Positions 30,484-37,312 of a stretch of DNA of 64,000 nucleotides are shown here, piece after piece. The stretch is from positions 4,702 to 68,701 of the forward strand of contig CAMDBP010000004.1 of assembly GCA_945889315.1 (NCBI GenBank), in the 5' to 3' direction. Under the pieces are notes generated by a model. The model saw only the letters and a program-made list of their open reading frames with translations, made no database searches and was not told the origin of the DNA. This DNA is from Chitinophaga pinensis (lineage in GTDB: Bacteria; Bacteroidota; Bacteroidia; NS11-12g; UBA9320). The stretch's first letter is position 1. Every line of letters begins with the position of its first letter. The translations under genes and the position numbers were made by a program.

Positions 30484-31521
30484 ATGAGACAAATCCTAGG
30501 ATTACTTTTTATAGGTGTTTTTTCACGACTTGTGGGCCAAGACACCACAGTTTTTGTGAACGAAGCACAATTTGGAATTAGCTCTTTTATTACCTTATCG
30601 CCGTTTACCGATTACAACAAATCACCTGTGGGAGTTGGTGCAGACTTATTTTATAACCACCCCTTTAAGTCAGATTACATACAGGGAAAAATCGGCTATA
30701 AACGTTACCAGTATGTGTTTGATAACCGTAAGTCGGTAATAGAAGACATACATCTTGTACTTTCTTACCAATACACCATACCCAAAGCAACAGGTGTATG
30801 CGTAACTGCAGGATACTCTCCCGGGTTTGTCTTTAACGCTACCAACAGATTTATGGGTAAGCAAGATTCCATTGCCACTGTAAACTATACCAAACAGCTA
30901 AAAAATAGACTTTGTCATGGATTATACCTTGGTGTATCCTTGCAAAGTAAGAGCAACAGCTCTTTTGATATTGGGTATTCGCATATCCTAAATAAAACAA
31001 TTACCAATGGGTTTTACGACGCTATACCAAACCATATTACCTTTGCCTATACCGTCAATTTTAATAATAAAGGAAAAGCGAATGTAAATATAGCGCAGGC
31101 TCGGTCAACACTTATCAAACTCAAAAACGACACCTTATATTTTATAAATAAAAGCTGTGCTACTGATTTTAGCAACGCTCAACTTGACTCACTCCTTGCC
31201 GCCAACTATAAATACTCTGCCTATAAAGTACTTGACGAGCAATACATAAATGCCACCAGCAAACAATCCAATGTGCTTCATTTTGCAATTATTGGTAATC
31301 ATTATGCTGGATATGGTGACCCATTGACCACCGGTGTTTACTTGTTAGACGGGGAATTAAAAAGTACCGAATTTCCTTATCCATACCACACCACAAATCC
31401 TAAAAACGGAAATGGGTTCTCCAAATGTATTGGCAGTCTAGAAAATGCCGCGGCACTTATCCGCGTTTTTAATAACCGATTAAATTACGAGCCCCTTTCA
31501 CCCATAAATCCTTTACATTAA
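30484..31521 (+). CDS. hypothetical secreted two-domain protein (N-terminal beta-barrel-like half, C-terminal globular half)
   Basis: Signal peptide MRQILGLLFIGVFSRLVGQ. The first ~190 aa have an alternating-strand, aromatic-rich pattern. I recognise no family. Confidence 0.45.
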   Translation: MRQILGLLFIGVFSRLVGQDTTVFVNEAQFGISSFITLSPFTDYNKSPVGVGADLFYNHPFKSDYIQGKIGYKRYQYVFDNRKSVIEDIHLVLSYQYTIPKATGVCVTAGYSPGFVFNATNRFMGKQDSIATVNYTKQLKNRLCHGLYLGVSLQSKSNSSFDIGYSHILNKTITNGFYDAIPNHITFAYTVNFNNKGKANVNIAQARSTLIKLKNDTLYFINKSCATDFSNAQLDSLLAANYKYSAYKVLDEQYINATSKQSNVLHFAIIGNHYAGYGDPLTTGVYLLDGELKSTEFPYPYHTTNPKNGNGFSKCIGSLENAAALIRVFNNRLNYEPLSPINPLH

Positions 31522-31552
31522 AACGTTATCCTTAATTTATATATTCGCAGTC

Positions 31553-32227
31553 ATGAAAAAATTGATTTTACTTACACTTGTCGTGTTACCTTTTGTAAGT
31601 GCCAAAGCGCAACATTCTCACACATCTATGAAAAACTCCATTGACAGCATGAGTTATGCCGTTGGTTTAAATATAGCTTCAAGCTTAGTAAACGGAGGAA
31701 TAGATACCTTAAACATGAATCTATTTATGGAGGCTATACAAGATGTGATGGTATACAATCACGCCAATATGGAAGGACAAGTTGCCAATCAAGTAATCAA
31801 TGAATATGTAAGCAAAGCACAAGCAGAAAAAACGAAATTAGCAACTGCTGAAGGTGAAGCCTTTTTACGCGCAAATGCAGCAAAGCCAGGAGTAAAAAGT
31901 ACTCCAAGTGGTTTACAATACAAGATCATTACCAAAGGAAATGGCCCTATGCCAGTTGACGGTCAGCAAGTAACTACCCACTACAGTGGCACACTAGTTA
32001 ATGGTAAAAAATTTGACAGTAGTTACGACCGCGGTGAGCCGGCTACTTTTGGGGTAAACCAAGTAATAAAAGGCTGGACAGAAGCATTAAAAATGATGCC
32101 AGTAGGTTCCAAATGGGAGCTTTATATTCCGTATGATTTGGCTTATGGCGACCGAGCAATGGGAGCTAATATCCCAGCTTATTCTACGTTGATATTTACC
32201 ATAGAGTTGATAGATATAGCACAGTAG
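31553..32227 (+). CDS. FKBP-type peptidyl-prolyl cis-trans isomerase (FkpA/FklB-like), periplasmic
   Basis: Signal peptide, helical N-domain and a C-terminal FKBP core (GLQYKII..G.G..P...V.VHY.G.L.NG..FDSS..RG.P..F....VI.GW). Confidence 0.88.
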   Translation: MKKLILLTLVVLPFVSAKAQHSHTSMKNSIDSMSYAVGLNIASSLVNGGIDTLNMNLFMEAIQDVMVYNHANMEGQVANQVINEYVSKAQAEKTKLATAEGEAFLRANAAKPGVKSTPSGLQYKIITKGNGPMPVDGQQVTTHYSGTLVNGKKFDSSYDRGEPATFGVNQVIKGWTEALKMMPVGSKWELYIPYDLAYGDRAMGANIPAYSTLIFTIELIDIAQ

Positions 32228-32235
32228 ATTTTTTA

Positions 32236-33393
32236 TTACACCAACTCCATCAGCTCAGCCACACTAACTACTTGCACATCTTCGGTAAGCGGATAGCCGC
32301 GAAGAACGGGTGCTACAATGTAGTTTTTGGGTGTTTCCAAATCTTGTTTGGCCGTGGTAAACGACTTGGTTGTACTTGGTGTGCTACTCAACTTTACTTC
32401 TATGCTTATTGCAGGTTTTCCGCCTTCGGTAATTACAAAATCCATCTCCGTTCCGTCAGCAGTTCTATAAAAATAAATTTGGCTAGCATCTACTTTAGTT
32501 AGCAACTGATTAAGAACATAATTTTCGAATGATGCACCCACAATTGGATGCCCAAGTAGCTTGTCATAGGACTTTATATCGAGCAGTGAATGCAATATTC
32601 CAGTGTCTAAAACATATACAATTGGGGATTTTACCAATCGTTTTTTGCCGTTGGTGTGATACGGTTTTACCAAGTAAATGAGAAATGCTGCTTCCATAAA
32701 ATCGAGGTAATGCCGCACCGTGGGTGCTGACAAACCAATGGATTTTGCAATGGTGGAAATGTTGAGCAATTGTCCGTTTTGGTACGCAATTATTTCCCAA
32801 AGCCTTCTAAGAGTTACGGGATTGGCATTAAGCCCGAGCATGGGTAAATCCCGCTCCAAATAGCTACGAACAAAACTGCCACGCCAAAGCAGAGCTTGTT
32901 CATCGTCATTGGCCAGAAACGAATTAGGAAAACCTCCTCTAAACCATAATTTATCGTGCAAATCGGCACCTACTTCCTGCAAACTAAACGGATACATTTG
33001 GTGGTAAGCCACTCTGCCGGCTAAGGTTTCGGAGCTGTCGCGTATGAGCTCCGGTGATGCCGAACCCAACAAGATAAAACGAGCAGGAACACGGTGTTGG
33101 TCTATAAGCGAACGAAGAATAGGAAACAACGCTTTTTCACGTTGCACTTCGTCTAGTATCACGCATTTATCTTGATGTTGTTTAAGGAATAGTTCTGGAT
33201 TTTGCAACTGAGCTCTGTCCGATGGGAGTTCTAAATCCAAGTATATGGCTTCTCTGCCGAGTTGGCCAATGAGCTCCTTAGCTAAGGTAGTTTTGCCAAT
33301 TTGGCGAGCACCCACGAGTACCACAGCAGGAAACTGCACGAGCAATTTTTTAACTGTAATTAGCGAATTTCGTATGATTGGATCATCCAACAT
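32236..33393 (-). CDS. AAA+ ATPase with DUF4143 C-terminal domain (COG1373 type)
   Basis: Walker A GARQIGKTT, Walker B VILDEVQ. The C-terminal half is typical of the AAA_14/DUF4143 architecture. Confidence 0.8.
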   Translation of the reverse strand: MLDDPIIRNSLITVKKLLVQFPAVVLVGARQIGKTTLAKELIGQLGREAIYLDLELPSDRAQLQNPELFLKQHQDKCVILDEVQREKALFPILRSLIDQHRVPARFILLGSASPELIRDSSETLAGRVAYHQMYPFSLQEVGADLHDKLWFRGGFPNSFLANDDEQALLWRGSFVRSYLERDLPMLGLNANPVTLRRLWEIIAYQNGQLLNISTIAKSIGLSAPTVRHYLDFMEAAFLIYLVKPYHTNGKKRLVKSPIVYVLDTGILHSLLDIKSYDKLLGHPIVGASFENYVLNQLLTKVDASQIYFYRTADGTEMDFVITEGGKPAISIEVKLSSTPSTTKSFTTAKQDLETPKNYIVAPVLRGYPLTEDVQVVSVAELMELV

Positions 33394-33487
33394 CCCCGCA
33401 AATATAAAATTATATTTTTAATATGCGGTAATATTTATAATTATCCCCGTAAATTAAAAGTATTTGTTTTGATTTGCGGGGATAATT
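33392..33487. repeat. three copies of ATCCCCG(C/T)AAAT (two direct, one inverted) upstream of and abutting the ATPase start codon
   Basis: Copies are ATCCCCGCAAAT at 33392-33403, AATTATCCCCGTAAAT at 33439-33454 and ATTTGCGGGGATAATT at 33472-33487. The last is the reverse complement of AATTATCCCCGCAAAT. Confidence 0.7.
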
Positions 33488-33635
33488 TATATTTCTATTT
33501 GTTCAAGAAACTCTCCCAGCTTTTGTAGTACACGCCTGCATCTGTGCCTACGACTACTTTGTCACCTATAGCAAACACAAAAAGCACTTTATCTTTCGTG
33601 CTATATATTGATAACCAAATGTCCCAAAAATTATT

Positions 33636-33668
33636 AAAAAAAGGCAAGCCTCTCTACTCGCCTTTTTT
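33636..33668 (-). terminator. rho-independent-type terminator downstream of the beta-oxidation operon (A-tract/T-tract flanked, potentially bidirectional)
   Basis: AAGGCAAG (33641-33648) pairs with CTCGCCTT (33657-33664). That is 8 bp with one G-U on the minus-sense RNA, flanked by A-run 33636-33640 and T-run 33663-33668. Confidence 0.55.
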
Positions 33669-33678
33669 AGGTATTTCT

Positions 33679-33700
33679 GTGTTCGTGTCCCCACGAACAC
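33679..33700 (-). other. perfect 9-bp hairpin immediately downstream of the acyl-CoA dehydrogenase stop
   Basis: GTGTTCGTG (33679-33687), loop TCCC, then CACGAACAC (33692-33700). Confidence 0.6.
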
Positions 33701-33742
33701 ATCGCTCTAGTTCGTGTGGATGCGAATTCCTTCTACGCCACC

Positions 33743-35524
33743 CTAAAAACAATACTTGTTTTCAGCAATGAGCAAAGCGGCTACTTTTCTACGTAATGCT
33801 ATGGTGTCGGTAAGCGGGTATTTTGTAAATCGCTTAATCCCCATATGCATCATTACTAGCATATCGTCTTTTGCAAACGCGCTAATTGCGTGCTTACCCG
33901 AAAGATAGCAACGTTCCATAGCATCATTCACATAACATTTAGTCATCGTAATTTGACCTGCTGTTGCCTCCTCTCCTTGTTGTTCTATCAGTTTCTCGGT
34001 ACGCAAAATGGTACTTTCTGCCGTAAATACATCCAAGGCCATGTCTGCCAAGTTCATAAGTATTTCTTGTTGCTTTTCCAACTCCATCATGTACTTCTGA
34101 GCTGCTGCTCCTGCAGCCATAAGTATTGCTTTTTTGGCTTGACGAACCGCTTTTTTGTCCTCATACAAAGGACTTCCGTCTCCATCATCTCCAAAGTCTG
34201 GAATTTCCATCAATTCTTCTTGTATTTTCATGGCAGGTCCCATTAAGTCGATTTCACCTTTCATTGCTTTCTTCAGAAGTTGACCCACTGCAAGCATTCT
34301 ATTAATCTCGTTGGTTCCTTCGAAAATACGGTTGATACGTGCGTCTCGGTACATACTTGCTACGGGATATTCCTCTGAATAACCAGTCCCTCCAAAAATC
34401 TGAACTGCCTCATCAACCACGTAGTCTAGTGTTTCTGAACCTAATATTTTTAACAGTGCGCACTCAATACTGTACTCTTCTGCTGCAATTAACTTCCCTT
34501 CCACTTTGGTTTTTCCTTCTGCGACAAGTTCAGCTATTTTATCGGTTATTAATCCCGAAACTCTATACGTTGCGCTATCGGTAGCATACGTTTTTATAGC
34601 CATTTCTGCTAGCTTATGCTGTATAGCACCAAAACTACTTATAGCAACACCAAACTGCTTGCGTTCATTGGCATAATTGGTCGCTATATCTATGCTTTTT
34701 TTACTACCACCCATAACCATCGCGCACAGTTTATATCTTCCTATGTTAAGCACATTGAAAGCTATCTTATGTCCTTTTCCAATTTCGCCTAGCAGATTAG
34801 ATTTGGGTACACGTACGTTATCCAAAAAGACTTGTCGTGTGCTACTTCCTTTAATACCGAGCTTTACTTCTTCATCTCCTAAGCTTAAACCAGGAGTTCC
34901 TTTTTCTATGATGAAAGCGGTAAACTTATCGCCATCTACCTGTGCGAAAACCGTAAAAATATCTGCAAATCCCGCATTCGTAATCCACATTTTTTGACCG
35001 TTAATAACCCATTCATCTCCATCCAATACCGCTTTAGATTTAGCCGCTAAAGCGTCACTTCCACTGTCTGGTTCTGTAAGACAATAGGATGCTTTAATCG
35101 TTCCGTCGCCTAGTCCGGGAAGATATTTTTTCTTCTGTTCCTCGGTACCGTAATATAAGATGGGAAGTGTACCTATGCCCATGTGTGCTGCCAGAGCCAC
35201 ACTAAAACTTTGTGTTTTACCTAGCTCCTCGCTGAGTACCGACTCCGTATTGAAGTCTACTGACATACCCCCAAATTCTTCGGGTAAAGCCGCACTTAAA
35301 ATACCAAGTTCTGCTATTTTATGCATTAACTCTGGCACCAAGTCTGGATTTTCCAATTGCTTATCAATTTTTTCACGTAGGGGAGTAACTTCTTTTTCCA
35401 AAAAATCTCGTGTCATATCACGAAACATTTTTTGTTCTTCATTTACTTGCTCGGGTATGAATGTGCTTTGGGCAGTTTGCTCTTTAATAAGGAATTCACC
35501 TCCTTTTAGGTTGTTATTTAACAT
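33743..35524 (-). CDS. acyl-CoA dehydrogenase (long, 593 aa type)
   Basis: ACAD N-terminal, middle and C-terminal domains (CLTEPDSGSD, ...GGTGYSEEYPV..YRDARI..I.EGTNEI) plus a C-terminal extension. Last gene of the fad operon. Confidence 0.9.
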   Translation of the reverse strand: MLNNNLKGGEFLIKEQTAQSTFIPEQVNEEQKMFRDMTRDFLEKEVTPLREKIDKQLENPDLVPELMHKIAELGILSAALPEEFGGMSVDFNTESVLSEELGKTQSFSVALAAHMGIGTLPILYYGTEEQKKKYLPGLGDGTIKASYCLTEPDSGSDALAAKSKAVLDGDEWVINGQKMWITNAGFADIFTVFAQVDGDKFTAFIIEKGTPGLSLGDEEVKLGIKGSSTRQVFLDNVRVPKSNLLGEIGKGHKIAFNVLNIGRYKLCAMVMGGSKKSIDIATNYANERKQFGVAISSFGAIQHKLAEMAIKTYATDSATYRVSGLITDKIAELVAEGKTKVEGKLIAAEEYSIECALLKILGSETLDYVVDEAVQIFGGTGYSEEYPVASMYRDARINRIFEGTNEINRMLAVGQLLKKAMKGEIDLMGPAMKIQEELMEIPDFGDDGDGSPLYEDKKAVRQAKKAILMAAGAAAQKYMMELEKQQEILMNLADMALDVFTAESTILRTEKLIEQQGEEATAGQITMTKCYVNDAMERCYLSGKHAISAFAKDDMLVMMHMGIKRFTKYPLTDTIALRRKVAALLIAENKYCF

Positions 35525-35563
35525 AAGATGTAGGATTTATGATATAGGATTTAAGACTTAGGA
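35525..35563. repeat. spacer made of three tandem 14-nt units (7-nt sub-period); one arm of the inverted repeat bracketing the 4HB gene
   Basis: The units are AAGATGTAGGATTT, ATGATATAGGATTT and AAGACTTAGGATTA. The spacer contains the core GATATAGGA at 35541-35549. Confidence 0.75.
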
Positions 35564-35929
35564 TTATTTGTCGAGTGTGTTTATTAATTTAAAAATTGCA
35601 TTATCGATACGTATCAGTTTTTCAATTATCACATCAACTGATTCTTGGTTTGTTATTTCTAGTTTTGCAGCAACGTAGAGAAGTGTGATTACCTCGGCAA
35701 TGCTCCCTATAGAGATGTATAAAAAACGAATAAAATCAGGGTTTGTTCCACGAGCAGATCCTTCGGCAATATTGGATGGAATAGACACTCCCGCACGTTG
35801 CATCTGAGAAATGATGCCATACTTTTCTTCTTTGGGATACTTCGCTGCTTCTTTGTATATTTCAACAACTAGATCAATCGCTTCTTCCCAAACTTTTAAT
35901 TTCCCGAAATTATGATTCGTTCTACTCAT
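35564..35929 (-). CDS. four-helix-bundle protein (23S rRNA intervening-sequence protein family, PF05635/TIGR02436 type)
   Basis: 121 aa. The LKVWEEAIDLVVEIY...FPKEEKYGIISQMQRAGVSIPSNIAEGSAR....DFIRFLYISIGSIAEV pattern is diagnostic of this family. Confidence 0.85.
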   Translation of the reverse strand: MSRTNHNFGKLKVWEEAIDLVVEIYKEAAKYPKEEKYGIISQMQRAGVSIPSNIAEGSARGTNPDFIRFLYISIGSIAEVITLLYVAAKLEITNQESVDVIIEKLIRIDNAIFKLINTLDK

Positions 35930-35979
35930 TATTTTTTCATTGAATTATGATTTTAGATAATTAACATCGGTTAAAACAG

Positions 35980-36004
35980 TCCTATATCATACATCTTAAA
36001 TCCA
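35980..36004. repeat. other arm of the inverted repeat bracketing the 4HB gene
   Basis: TCCTATATCATACATCTTAAATCC. Segment 35980-35997 is complementary to 35540-35549 plus 35525-35532. Segment 35994-36003 is complementary to 35547-35556. Confidence 0.75.
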
Positions 36005-37186
36005 CTATAGCCTTTCATAAATCGCTGCTATTCCTTGTCCTCCGCCAATACACGCTGTTACCATGCCATATTTTTGGTTTCTAAGTTTCATTTCTTCGAG
36101 TATTTGTACAGTGAGTTTTGCTCCGGTACAGCCCAATGGATGTCCTAAACTGATTGCTCCACCGTTTACGTTTACGATGTCTGGATTAAGATCTAAACCA
36201 CGCATAACAGCCAAACTTTGTGAAGCAAATGCCTCATTCAATTCTATTTGATCAATATCATTTAGTGAAAGACCGGCTTTAGACAACGCTTTGGGAATAG
36301 CCTCCATAGGACCAATTCCCATGTATCGTGGGTTTACACCTACAGATACTTGACTCACCAACCTAGCTTTAGGCTCTAAGCCTAAATCCTTAACCATTTT
36401 CTCACTCATTACCAGCACAAAACTGGCACCGTCACTGGTTTGAGAACTATTACCGGCAGTTACCGTTCCGTTATTTTTAAAGGCGGGTTTTAACCTTGCC
36501 AAAGCCTCTAGCGTGGTATCGGCTCTCGGACCCTCGTCGGTATCTACTATGTAGCTAGAAGTAACACGCTTATTTGTTGCCGGATCGAAATCTACTTGCT
36601 CTACTTCAAACGGTACAATTTGATTTTTAAATTTACCTTCGGCGAGTGCTTTTAAGGCTTTTTGGTGAGAACCCAGTGCAAATGTATCCTGATCTTCGCG
36701 GCTGATAGTATACTTATCTGCAACCTCTTCTGCGGTAAGCCCCATTCCTAAGAAATAATCACCGTGATCTTTAGCAATATTGTAATTAGGCACTGTTTTA
36801 TAACCTACTGTGGGTACTAAACTCATGCTTTCTGTTCCACCAGCTATAATACAATCTGCGAGTCCTGCTTTAATTTTTGCAACGGCCATTGCAATAGTTT
36901 CTATACCGCTACCGCAATATCTATTCACCGAAACACCTGGAACCTCCATGGGTAGTTTACTTCGCACCCCAATCCAGCGGCCCATTTGTAAACCTTGCTC
37001 TGCTTCGGGTACTGCATTCCCTACAATTATATCTTCAACTACACTCGGATCAAATCCGGGAGTATGGTCAATTAAATGGTTAATTACAGCTGCTCCCAAA
37101 TCTACTGGGCTGGTAAATCTAAATCCACCTCTTCCTGCTTTCCCGACCGCGGTTCTATATCCGTTTATGATGTATGCTTCTGCCAT
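36005..37186 (-). CDS. fadA: acetyl-CoA C-acyltransferase (3-ketoacyl-CoA thiolase)
   Basis: Thiolase motifs NRYCGSG (acyl-enzyme Cys), [13 protein letters not shown] and CIGGGQG. 393 aa. Confidence 0.92.
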   Translation of the reverse strand: MAEAYIINGYRTAVGKAGRGGFRFTSPVDLGAAVINHLIDHTPGFDPSVVEDIIVGNAVPEAEQGLQMGRWIGVRSKLPMEVPGVSVNRYCGSGIETIAMAVAKIKAGLADCIIAGGTESMSLVPTVGYKTVPNYNIAKDHGDYFLGMGLTAEEVADKYTISREDQDTFALGSHQKALKALAEGKFKNQIVPFEVEQVDFDPATNKRVTSSYIVDTDEGPRADTTLEALARLKPAFKNNGTVTAGNSSQTSDGASFVLVMSEKMVKDLGLEPKARLVSQVSVGVNPRYMGIGPMEAIPKALSKAGLSLNDIDQIELNEAFASQSLAVMRGLDLNPDIVNVNGGAISLGHPLGCTGAKLTVQILEEMKLRNQKYGMVTACIGGGQGIAAIYERL

Positions 37187-37204
37187 TTTTTTTATTTTAT
37201 GAAT

Positions 37205-37230
37205 GATTTAGGATGTATGATATAAGATTT
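37205..37230. repeat. repeat copy in fadB-fadA spacer (GATTTAGGATGTATGATATAAGATTT)
   Basis: 37205-37227 is an inverted copy of 35980-36002 (21 of 23 nt). It contains the core GATATAAGA at 37219-37227. Confidence 0.75.
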
Positions 37231-37281
37231 ATAACTTCTCTTTTTTCAGCTTTATGTATGTTTATCTTATTCATTTTTCTG

Positions 37282-37312
37282 TCTTATATCTTATATCCTG
37301 GGTCTTATATCA
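37282..37312. repeat. three copies of TCTTATATC (complement of core) at 7- and 14-nt spacing; the last contains the fadB-like stop codon
   Basis: Copies at 37282-37290, 37289-37297 and 37303-37311. The TGA stop occupies 37310-37312 on the minus strand. Confidence 0.75.

Noticed and set aside
33544-33771. 75-aa plus-strand ORF, and a 50-aa minus-strand ORF (33495-33647, TTG start), in the gap between the ATPase and the fad operon
   Set aside because: The plus ORF runs through two terminator-type hairpins and into the convergent acyl-CoA dehydrogenase gene. The minus ORF would start inside the terminator stem. Its tail (...AIGDKVVVGTDAGVYYKSWESFLNK) looks protein-like and could be a gene remnant, but I cannot support it as a gene.
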